Origin: Dictyostelium discoideum
Taxonomy: Eukaryota
Assembly: GCA_000004695.1 (NCBI GenBank)
Contig: CM000154.2
Coordinates: 768,001-832,000 of the forward strand
Length of the DNA stretch: 64,000 nt
Reading direction: 5' to 3'
Within the stretch, counting starts at the first letter, position 1. Every line of letters starts with the position of its first letter. The translations under genes were made by a program, and so were the position numbers. Below are positions 44,426 to 58,725 of this stretch, in pieces. Under the pieces are notes generated by a model, which searched no databases, was not told the DNA's origin, and saw only the letters and a program-made list of their open reading frames with translations.

Positions 44426-45388
44426 TATTATTATTATTATTTTATTTGTTTTGATTGATTTGCGAAAGAATTTATAAAAAAAAAATAAAAATTCAAAAAT
44501 TTCGGTAGCCTTTAGATTTTTTTTTTTTTTTTTTACCTGATTATTTGGGTTTTTTTTTTTTTAATTTTTAATTTTCTATTTTTATTTTTTTATTTATTTT
44601 TAATTAAAAGTTTTAATGAAATAATAAAATTTGGAAAAAACAGAAAATGTAAATCTATTTAATAAAAAAAAAAAAAAACAGTTCATTAAACTTCTTATTT
44701 TTTTACCCCATTTTTTTATTCGCAACAAAACCTTAAATGGAAAAAAAGAAACTACATTTTCCCAAAAGATATTCTAAATATAATTTTTTATAATTTTGGA
44801 AAGAAATCATTTTTGAATAACATTAAATAAATTGGAAAATATTTTGGTGAATGGAAACCATTTTTATTTTTATTTTTATTTTTTTTTTTTATAAAAATAA
44901 AAAGGAAGGAAAAAGTAAAAATTTTATAAAAAAAAAAAAAAAAGAAAATTATTGGATTCCCCATTTTTAAATATCAAATAATTTTTTATTGTAATTTATT
45001 TTAATGGGCCAAAAAATTAAAAAAATATTTAGATTTTAAGCTGAAGGTGATGACACGTTCACAAAAAAAAAAAAAAAATTAAAAAATTTTTTTTTTTTTT
45101 TTTTTTTTAATTTTATTTTTTTAATTTTTATATTTTTTTTAAATTCAAAACACTTCACACCTTTATATTTTTATTTCTGCATTTACAATTGTTAGAAGTG
45201 ATAAATTGTCTTTTTTTTTTTTTTTTTTCTTTCTTATTATTATCTCTTCAATAACACCACTCAATAACTATCAACCATCATTTATTTTTTTTTTTTTTTA
45301 GTAAATTATCAGATGACAAATTAAAAAGAAACAAATAAAAAAAAACAACAAAACAAAAAAAAAAAAAAAAAAAAAAAAAAAGAAAGAA

Positions 45389-48054
<2,666 letters not shown>

Positions 48055-48398
48055 ATCATTGTTTTTTATTTTCTCCCAACCAATTTTGTTCTTAAATGTT
48101 TTTTTTTTATATTTTTATTTTTTTTTTTTTTTAAATAAAATAAATTAAATATCAAGCACCTATTTAATATTTCCAAGAAAAACTTTCCCGCCAAAAAAAA
48201 AATATATATTTTTTTTTTTTTTGTTTGTTGTTTTTTTCATTTTTTTTTTATTTTTTTTTTTTTATTTTTATTTTTATTTTTTATATAAAAAGATTTCCAC
48301 ATACAACAAATAATAGTCAAATTGTTTTTATTATTTTTTATTATTATTTTTTTATTATTATTAAAAAATAAATTATAAAATAAATAAATAAATAAATA

Positions 48399-48719
48399 AT
48401 GAATGAAAATTATAATACAATTAATAAGATATTACAAACTTTAGAAAGTAATATTAATGTTACTAGTAGTTTATCAAGTACAACAATTGATCAAAAAATT
48501 CAACAACAACAGTTTCAAGAGATTGATAAATCATTTACATTATTAATAAATTTATTAAAAGAGAGTGATGAAAATGGAATGGTAATATCAGTTTTATCAA
48601 ATTCCGATATCGCATTAAGATTCATTAATATATTTCAAACTCATATAATATGTTGTAATAATAATCAATCAACACCATTACCAAATTTAAAATTAAAAAA
48701 TAATAATAATAACAATAAC

Positions 48720-48753
<34 letters not shown>

Positions 48754-51700
48754 GTAATAATAATAGTATTTTAAATAATCAAATTGATAAATTAGCAATT
48801 AATTCATTAAGATCATTAGGATTTTTTTTATATTCATCATCAATTATTAAATGTTTATCATCAGATACTCAAATTAGAGAGATTTCAACATTGTTAGAGA
48901 ACACTATTCAAGTTACAAAAAATAAGAATATATGTAACTATGCGATTTGGTGTTTTTCATCCCAAAGTTTTCCAAATGGTCCAATTAGTAATAAATTACC
49001 AAATACATATTGTGATTTATTAGAAAACACTCCATTCAATTCTAAAACCATTGAAAATGAAGTTTTAAATTCTTTTACAACATTGCTACAACAAAATATT
49101 CAACTCTATTTAAATTCAACTGAAATTTGGTTACCAATTATTTTTAATAAAATTTTAAGATTAGAAAATTTACCAAAGTAAGTATATAAAAATTCATAAA
49201 TAAATTAATAAACAAATTAATAAATAAAATAAATTATTTAAGAAATTAATAATAAAAAAATATATAAAATAATAGTATAACAGAAAAATTAAAACAAATT
49301 TTGGAAATTGTTGTTAATCATTATCAAATGAAGAATAATGTAATGAGTGAAAGAGTATCAGAGGTGTTATTAAGTAATTGTAATAGTTTTATGGAGAATA
49401 TGGGTAAACTATTTGATACAAAGAATGAAATTCTAAGTATTCAATGTTGGGGTATCTATGTTTTCTTTACTGGTAAATTAATATTTGTAAATAAAATGGC
49501 AAATAAAGTTTTAGGTTTAGCAGAGGTAAGTTAATAATAATGATAATAATAAATTTAAAAAATCAATATAATAATAATAATTTCTTTAAAAAAAAAAAAA
49601 AAAAAGAAATGTTTTACACATGAAAATAAATTAGTTAGAATTGAAACATATAATAGTTGGAAATTATTAATTGATAGTATGGATATTGAATATATTAGTG
49701 TTGATAAAAGATTAGAATTATTTTGTGCACCATTTATGACAGGATTTACAAGTGAACGTGAAGCAGAGGTTAAAAAAACTAGTTTTTCAACATGGATGTA
49801 CTTTTTAAAACAATTTAAAACTCAACTATTCGATGTTTTCAATAAAGTTTTTACACCACTTTTTATTAGCATTTTAAAGAATATAAAGACTTTTAAAGAT
49901 AATGATGAAAGTGAAAATGAAAAGAATAAAAATAAAAATAATAATAATTATAGTAATAATGCAGATTTTGAATTAGGTGAATCAGCATTACATTTATTAG
50001 TATCAATTACAGCACCGTCACAAGAGGTTAGAAGAGTTTCAAAATTAAAATTACAGGGATTGTATGGTATTGTTTTGGATACATTACCATTATCATTCAA
50101 TTCCAATCAAGTATTGAAATGTATAACTGGTGATTTGGAACCATTTACATTGGCAATCTCAACCAATTTCCTTTCAACTTCGACACCAACTAAAACCATT
50201 TTACCATATTCAAATGAAAAAATTGAAATTTGGAGTGGTCTATTGAAGAGAATGTCAAATATTGATAAGAGGGATCAAAACTATTTACCTTTTTTAAAGA
50301 ATGTTTTATTATTTATTCAGAAATTATTTGCCCAATTGGACCCATCCTCCCTATCACCTGATGATCATGAATTATGGTTTTATCGTTCAATTTATCAATT
50401 AACAATTTCAAATGTACCAAATTCAGTTTTAATTGGTAGTGGAAGTAGTAGTAGTAATACTGAAAATACTGGTGGTGGTAGTGGTAGTGGTAATGGTGAA
50501 AATATAATTGAAAATATAAATGGTGGTAAAAATTATATTGCTATTGATTTCTTTACATTGAATTTAATAGAATTTGGATTTAAATTAAATCCTGATCAAA
50601 TTAAAGAATTTTTAATACCATTGTTTGAAGAGTTATGTTCGTGTAGTTTCTCAAGTAATAATTATGTTGATTTAGCTTCAAGATTAAACTTTACAGTGGG
50701 TGTAATGAATGATAATGTCGATTCAGATATTGGCTTAGTTTATCTTTTACAACTTTGGTTCACACTAACTAAAACCATTCAATCATTTATAAAAAAGTCA
50801 CATCAACTATTATCTTTACCTCAACCATTGATAATAAGAATATTGGAGAGTATTTCAAATTTACTCATTTGGCCACTACGTGCAATTGCTTCGACACCAT
50901 ATTCCAACGATACAAGTATTAAACCAAGTTCAATGTTGGAATCAAATATAAAATTATGGAAATCAACTTTTCAATCAATGGTAACCATATTTTCAATTAA
51001 AACCACTTTAAATCCAACAATTGCTTTCATATTACAAACTATTGATGATTTACAATTGAATTGTCATTTCAATTATTTCGATTTCATTCTATCAATAATT
51101 TCACCATTATTAGATAATTATGATATTACTCCAATAATTCAAAGTGGTAATATAAATAATCAACATGAAAAAAAGAAATCTATAAAGAATAATAATAATA
51201 ATAACAATGGATCACCAGTAGGAAACTTATTAGAAATTGATTTATTAATTTCAAATATATTATTAAATTTAAATAATATTTTAATGAATTGTCATCATAG
51301 TAAAATGATAATTAATGGTGGTGTTAATCAGTTTAGAGTGTTGAAACAATTATCACCTTTATTTGAAAGTATTGGAAATATGATTAAAAAGTGTAAATCT
51401 GTACCAATGTGTTTGGCAACCTTAAAGAATATGGAAGGTTCATTCATTTTATACTTAAAAGATGGTGGTAAACCAACCGATCAAACAATTCTTACAAAGC
51501 AAACTAATGAAGATAAATATATATTGACAACGTTAATTAAAAGTTCTTTCTTTACATTTTATTCAAATACATTGGATATTTTAATTAATGATGCTTCAAA
51601 TCTATCATCATCATCATCAACTTATTCCTCCTCTTCACCAATTTATAATAATAAACTCTTGGAACAATTAGAATTATTAATTATATCAGCATTTACAAGT

Positions 51701-52519
51701 TTATCTGATGAAAATAAAGAAAAAGTATTATTCTTTTGGAATGAAACTTGGGGTAGACAATCTCAAAATCAAGATTTAATTTATCCTTCAAAACTATATA
51801 AATGTTTTAAAAAGTTAGAGAATAGAGTATCAATTAAATTACCAAATTTTCAAAATCAACTAAACAACAACAATAACAACATCAATAATAATAATAAACG
51901 TTCAAATTCTCATTTAAGTGAATATAATAATTATACACTTGAATTAAATTCATCAAGAAATGAAGATTCTCAAGATGGTTTTATTTTACCAGAGTCTGAA
52001 CTTAATAAATTTAATAATCATAATACTAATTTAATAAACAAAGATAATAAAGATGTGATTATGGGTGGTAAATCTTCAAATACAACAGCAACACCAAAAA
52101 AGAAACAAAGAGTTTCAACTTCCTCCAATAAAGATCAATATGTTTTCATTGATAAACCAATAGAAAATGATATTTCCACACAATCATTAACTGAACATCA
52201 AATGGAAATATTTGAAAAACAAAAACTAAAAAGAAATTCCTCTACAACTTTATCCTCTTCATTATCATCTGCAAGCAACTCCAACAATAATAATAACAAT
52301 AATAATAATAGTAATAGTAACACTCCTCCAACATTATTATTAAATGGTATTAATGATAAATATATTGAAAATGAAGATTTACTCAGTATAATTAATAATT
52401 TAAATGATAAATTATTTGAAAATCAATCAACACTTTCACTATTACAAATTCAAACTATTTCTTTGGAAATTTCAAATAAGATTAATATAATTTTAAAAAA
52501 TAGGTTATTTAATAAATAA
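48399..52519 (+). CDS. Large hypothetical protein (~1313 aa), possibly alpha-solenoid. Exons 48399..49177, 49276..49525 and 49607..52519.
   Basis: Three long same-strand ORFs are joined by two phase-consistent introns (GTAAGT...AATAG and GTAAGT...AAAAAG). The product is Leu/Ile/Phe-rich with regular amphipathic periodicity, a poly-N insert and a Ser/Asn-rich C-terminus. No family recognised. Confidence 0.65.
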
Positions 52520-52596
52520 AACTTTTAAAATAGTATAGTTTTTTTTTTTTTTTTAATTGTTCTCTACAACTTTTTATTTCTGATTTTATTTCATTG

Positions 52597-52921
52597 AATC
52601 AAGAATTTTTCTAAGTTGAGTTTCGTTTGGTGAAACTTAAAAAAAAAAAAATTATAGTTAATATTTTTCATTTTTAATTTTGATTGGATATTTTTTTTAT
52701 TTTTTTAAAATTTACACACCAATTTCTTTTGTTTTTTTTCCCTTTTGGTATAACATAATTGTTGGAATACTTGTTATTGATTTTGTTGATTCATGTACAT
52801 TTATTTTATCAATTTCAACTTTTAAAAATGTTACCAAAGGGTATTGAGTGCTTAATTTGTTAAAAATTGGCTCTAAAACTTTGCAAGCCTGAAACATTTA
52901 AGTTTTTAGTTTTTTTTTGTC

Positions 52922-52952
<31 letters not shown>

Positions 52953-53268
52953 TACTTACACCTTTAATTCCAATTGATTTGAATATTTAATTAAATATTT
53001 ATATAAATATAATTATTTAATTAATTAATTTGACAATTTTAAATAAAATCCTATTATTAATAAATATATTATTTAAATTTAAATAAAAAAATTTTAATAA
53101 TTACCACCTAAAAAAAAAATAAAAATATGATTTTAGTTAATTTACAGTTTTAATATGATTTAATTTTAAATAGAAACTTACACCATTCAGCTCCAAAATT
53201 TATAATTACTTGGTCACCTTTTAATAATTCATCTAATTTTGTATTTATAGAAACATTAGTAACCTTAC
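52597..53268 (-). CDS. Thioredoxin (multi-exon). The splice at the active site is unresolved.
   Basis: Exon A (53187..53268) encodes MSKVTNVSINTKLDELLKGDQVIINFGAEW plus one base, then GTAAGT. The exon at 52710..52878 encodes ACKVLEPIFNKLSTQYPLVTFLKVEIDKINVHESTKSITSIPTIMLYQKGKKTKEIGV. The last exon (52597..52646) encodes SPNETQLRKILDSMK. An AG|GTGGT element 75 nt after the first donor would supply C-G to complete WCGACK, but it is not followed by a canonical GT donor. Confidence 0.65.
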
Positions 53269-53342
53269 TCATTTTTCTAATTATTGCTTTAAGTTTATTT
53301 TTTTTTTTTTTTTTTTTTTTCTCAACAGCTTTTTAAATTGAG

Positions 53343-53383
<41 letters not shown>

Positions 53384-53584
53384 ACCCCAACTGTTTGAAA
53401 ATGTTAAGTATTAATATCTAAAAATAATAAAATTATTTTTATTTATTTGTTGCTAAAATATGATTCGATTATTTAAAATAATTTTTTAATAATTTTCCTA
53501 ATTAAAATTTATTGATTTTTTTCTATTAATACTATTATTATTTTTTTTTTTTTTAATCTAATTTGTTGTTTTTTTTTTTACCAA

Positions 53585-54004
53585 TAATAAAATTATTTAT
53601 TTTTTTCGAGAATATCTCTAAGCGACTGTTCACTTACAACATCTTTAATGAAAACATATGTTATAATTTTAATTTTGATATTTTTTAAATTTTACAAAAA
53701 AAGAAATACTTTACTTAATTCTCCAACTTGCGATCCACCTTTAAAAACTTTGAAAATTTTTACTAGTATTTTTTAGTATCTTTAAAAAATAAACATATAA
53801 ATAAAAAAAGAACAAATTATACATACTCCACCTAAAATAAAAGGTAAAAAAATTTAAAAAGAAACAAAATTATTAATATTAGAAGAAATCCTTTTATGGT
53901 AATATCAAAATAAAAACTTACTCCATTCTGCACTAAAGTCAATTATTGGTCTTTCAAATGTTTATCTAATTCAAATGGTGATGAAACAAAAATTACTCTG
54001 CTCA
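53585..54004 (-). pseudogene. Degenerate tandem thioredoxin copy (frameshifted, central exon largely deleted).
   Basis: It reads MSRVIFVSSPFELDKHLKD, then a frameshift and in-frame stop, then RPIIDFSAEW+GTAAGT. Further down are FLKVD (frame 1) and FKGGSQVGELSK (frame 2), then an SLRDILEKNK* terminal exon. It has the same exon order, the same EW+1nt|GTAAGT donor and the same AG|GTGG element as the upstream copy, but no intact CGPC exon. Confidence 0.5.
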
Positions 54005-54393
54005 TTTTTTTAACAAATAATTATTTTCCTGCTTTGTTTTAAAGAGTAAAATCAATCTAAAAAAAATTTTATGGAAATTGGATTAATTAAAAATAAAAAA
54101 TAAAATAAAATTGAAATAAAACACATAAATAAAAAAAAAAATTGGTGATGTTTTTTTTTTGTAGAACTCCCCTATACAACACTCTAAATTTGACTATTTT
54201 TTGCATATGAGATTTTGTGATAATGATTAAAAAAATATGGGTTCCAAAAAAAAAAAATAATAAAATTAGTTTAATCCATTTTTAAAAAAAAAAATGATGA
54301 TTAAAAAAAAATTTGTGAATGAGGGAAAAATTAATTATTTAAATTTAAAAAAAAAGGAATAGTTAATAGAAAATAATTTTTATTTGTGCTAAG

Positions 54394-54426
<33 letters not shown>

Positions 54427-54602
54427 AAGGATTCCCAATAATTCTTATTTTAATTAAAAAAAAAAAAAAAATTAAAAAAAAGTGAAAATTAAAAAATATG
54501 GGGTTCATTAAAATTTTTTTTTTTTTTTTTTCAGTTTTTTTTATCTTCACAAATAAAAAAAAGCAGTAAAAGTAATAATAATAATAATTTAAACAATACA
54601 CA

Positions 54603-54612
54603 TAATAATAAC

Positions 54613-54705
<93 letters not shown>

Positions 54706-54720
54706 TAATAATAATAATAA
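54603..54720 (+). repeat. (AAT)n about 38 units, ending 10 nt upstream of the M16 peptidase start codon.
   Basis: Direct reading. Confidence 0.95.
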
Positions 54721-54729
54721 TTGGTAAAA

Positions 54730-55123
54730 ATGGTTGCTAATGAACAACAACAACAACAACAAGAAGAAGAAAGAAAAGAGGTTAAACTCATTCAATCACC
54801 AAACGATAATAATAAATATAGATACGTTAAATTAAAGAATGGTTTAGAAGTTGTATTAGTATCTGATGAAACTACAGACCAATCATCATGTTGTTTATCA
54901 ATTAATATTGGTTCACTTTGTAATCCAAGAGAGATTGAAGGTTTAGCTCATTTTTTAGAGCATATGCTTTTCCTTGGTACTGAAAAATTTCCTGTTGAAA
55001 AAGAATTTGTAAATTTTATTTATTTAAATGGTGGTAGTTATAATGGTACAACTTCACGTATGTTTTTTTTTTAAATAAAAAATAAAAAAATAAAAAATAA
55101 ATAAAAAAATAAAATAATTAATT

Positions 55124-55154
<31 letters not shown>

Positions 55155-57733
55155 TTCCCAAAAATAATTAAGCAAATAAAACAAATTATTATTTTACGGT
55201 TAATCAAGAATCATTTGAAGAAGCATTAGATAGATTTTCATCATTTTTTATATCACCATTAATGAATGAGGATGCAGTTAATAGGGAATTGAATGCTGTG
55301 GATTCAGAACATAATAATAATATGCAAAAAGATTTTTGGAGAATGGATAGAATTGTTAATGATCAATTTGAAGGTCACCCAATGTCAATGTTTTTCACTG
55401 GTGATAGTTCAACCTTGAAACGTGATGATATCCGTGAGAAGGTTGTTGAATTCTATCAACGTTACTATAGTGCCAATTTAATGAAAGTTTGTATCTTTGG
55501 TAGGGAATCTTTGGATCAATTGGAGGAGTATGCAAATAAATACTTTTTACCAATTGTTAATAAGGATGTGAAAGTTCCAAAGCTTCCACCGTTGGCCATC
55601 ACGTCGAAATCGATAATGATCGAAGCAGAGCCAACACAAGATATGGATCTTTTGAAATTTGTTTTTCCAATACCCGATGAAAAGTTATGCTTCTCAAAGA
55701 ACTACAAGAATGCAAGTGCAAGCATTCTATCACATATATTGGGTCATGAATGCCAAGGTAGTCTATTTTCAGTGTTGTTCAATAAAGATTATGCATTCTC
55801 TCTATCCATTAGTAGTAATTCATTCTATGAGAATATGAACAAAATTGAAATTCAAATTCACCTAACCAAAACAGGCTTAGAGAATGTAGACGAAGTTATA
55901 GCCTTACTCTTTCAATCGTTTGAATTTGATACACCAGAATACTTTTTCACAGAGAAGAAACTTTTAAGTGAAATCAATTGGAAATCTTTTCAAAAAAGTG
56001 CACCCGCCAGCACCACCCAAGCCATCACCAGTAACTTGTTCCGTGTTGAAAGACCAGAGGAAACATTAAAGTATAATAACTTTTTAGAGCAATTTGCACC
56101 AGAGAAAATTAAAGAGATTCAAAGTTATCTTCGTCCTGATAATATGATTTGTTTATTCTATTCCTCAACCAAATTCAAAGGTAAAACCACCGAAATCGAA
56201 CCACATTATAAAATTAAATTCAACAAAAGATACATTGAACAATCAGATTTCGATAAATGGAAATCTTTCCCAAAGAATACCAATCTTTTCCTACCAAAAG
56301 AGAATCCATTCCTCCCAATCGATACTACCATCAAAGCGCCACAAGATCATTCAATTCATATTCCAAAGGAGGTTTACAACAACAATGGTGTTAAAGTCTA
56401 TCATTCATTGGACCATCGTTTCAATTCACCAAAGGCCAGAGTCAACATTCGTTTCGAATTGACTTCCTATGGTAATAATCAATCGATGGTAATGTGGAAT
56501 CTCTTAAAGAAATCACTTAAAGAGGTATTGAATGAAAAGATTCTTTACTATCTTTCAGTTTTAGATTTCTCAATGAAACTTCAAATTCTTACCACTCATG
56601 TAGAATTGCAATGCTATTGCTTCAATGATATCATCTTCACTGCGTTGGGCAAGGTTTTTGACTTTTTAATGAATTTAGATCTAAATGATATGCAATTCAA
56701 AAGAATCAAAGAAAAGGTTGCAAAAAGATTCCTCAGTAGTCATTATCTATCACCCTATCAAATTTCAATGCGTCATTTATCTTTACATAATTTTAATTGT
56801 AATTCAATGTTATTGGATAAACAAGAATACTTGAAAAAAGTGACAAAATCAGAATTCCTCAATTATTTCAAATCATTATTCTCCTATATCAATTTTAGCG
56901 CTATGGTAGTTGGTAATGCTTCCATTGAGGATGCTTGTGCTTTTGGTGAGAAACTCAATTCATTCTCTAATCGTAATTCCGCTTGTCCAGGTGAAGTTTT
57001 CAAATTGGCAAGAGTGAATTTACCATCGAATACAATCACTCATCAAAGAGAGTTTCTTTATGATACCAATCAAACCAATTGCTCCTCTTCCATTTCTTTC
57101 CTTATTGGTCAATTCAATAGAAAAACCTATGCAACTACATTGGTGATTTGTTCAATTTTAGGTAGTGCTTACTTTGAAGAACTTAGAACTAAAAAACAAT
57201 TTGGTTACGTTGTAAATTGTGCTCAAGATTGTACGGGAAATGCCATTTCAATGCGTTGTATCGTTCAGTCACACACTAAAACCCCTGAAGAAATTTTCGA
57301 TGCCACTATGGAATTCTTTGTTGGTTTTGAAAAAACTTTAGATTACTTCAAAACAAGTCCCTCTGATTTTAAGGATCTCATTGAGAATTGTCAAAAACAA
57401 AACACAGTAAAACAACAAAGTAATAGTGCTCAATCTTCGCTCTATTGGAGTTTCTTCACTTTTTGTGGTGATTTCGAATTTGAAAAAAAGAAATATGAAG
57501 ACATTGGTAAAATCACTTTTGATGATGTCAAACAATACTATCTCGATCATCTCTCTCCAAATACCGCTAATTTACGTATTTTCGCAGCTCATTGTTATCC
57601 ACAATCTTATCAAATTCCTGATGAAGTTAAACCTTTTGGAAATGTAAAAGTTAATCTCCTTAGAAAATATGAACATGATAATTTTAAAGAAAATCATGGT
57701 TATTTATCATCAAAAGTAAATTTACAAAAATAA
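54730..57733 (+). CDS. M16A zinc metallopeptidase, insulysin / insulin-degrading-enzyme-like (~962 aa). Exons 54730..55057 and 55173..57733.
   Basis: GLAHFLEHMLFLGTEKFP is the inverted HxxEH zinc motif. After a 115-nt GTATGT...TTAAG intron (phase 1), TNYYFTVNQESFEEALDRFSSFF and ELNAVDSEHNNNMQKDFWR match IDE blocks. The start is the ATG at 54730; the ORF-track M at 54721 is a TTG. Confidence 0.88.
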
Positions 57734-57905
57734 AATAATAATAAAATATTAAATATTAAATATTTAATTAAATAAGGCTTTTTTTTTTTTTTTTTTTTTT
57801 TATATTTATTAATAAAATTATTATGCATATTATTTAATATTTTGGTACAAGGCCTCAAATCTAAAAAGGTCGGAATTTTGTTATTTTTGCGCTGGTAAAA
57901 ATTAT

Positions 57906-57950
57906 TTTTGGTGAAAAAAAAAAAAAAAAAAAAAAAAAATTTTCACCAAA
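57906..57950. other. Perfect 12-bp inverted repeat TTTTGGTGAAAA-(A)21-TTTTCACCAAAA, a hairpin about 170 nt downstream of the M16 peptidase stop codon.
   Basis: The reverse complement of 57906..57917 equals 57939..57950 exactly. Confidence 0.6.
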
Positions 57951-58689
57951 ATACTGTTTTCAGCTAATAATATTTATTTATTTTATTTTTTTACTTTATT
58001 TTATTTTGTTTTATTTCATTTTTGGTTTAATTTTTTTTTAATTTAATTTTTAATTTAATTTTTTTTTCACAAATACTCTTTTATTTTTTTATTTTAATAT
58101 TATTAAATAATTTTATTTTATTTTATTTTATTTTTTTTTTTTTTTAATCTGATTATAATAATTTGACATTTATTTTAAAGATAACGATCATTTGGAAAGA
58201 TTTTTTTTTTTTTCAGTTTTTTTTTTCTTTTTTTTTTTATTTTTTTTTTTATTTTTTTTTTTTTTATTATTTTTTTTTTTTTTCGACACAATTGCACCGA
58301 CACAAATAAAAACAATATCATTATTTTATATCTAATATTAAATATATATTACATTAAATCAATTAATTATTAGTTTAATTTATTGTTTTTTTTTTTTTTT
58401 TTCCCTTATTTTGTTTATTATTATTTCATTACATAATCACCCCCTTTTTTTTTTATTTTTAATTTTTTTCATTTTTTTTTTTTTTGACAATTTTTTTTTA
58501 TTTTTCGCTCTTTATTTTGTTTTTATTTATTGGGATCATTAATATAAATTTATATCTATATCACACATTGTTTTTATTTCATAATTTCATACACCCACTT
58601 TTTTTTTTTATGACACAAAAACAATTTAAATAAAAATAAATTTACCGCTCTTTGTAAAAATAAATAAAAAAAAAAACAAATAAAAAAAC

Positions 58690-58721
<32 letters not shown>

Positions 58722-58725
58722 CATT

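Noticed and set aside
54150-54200. GC-containing segment TTGTAGAACTCCCCTATACAACACTC as a possible small ncRNA.
   Set aside because: It has no convincing stem and no match to the Class I RNA motif or to a DUSE at the expected distance.
54721-54732. ORF-track start M at 54721 and the ORF 54589..54795 on the minus strand.
   Set aside because: 54721 is a TTG; the first ATG is at 54730. The minus-strand ORF is the (AAT)n array read as poly-Ile.
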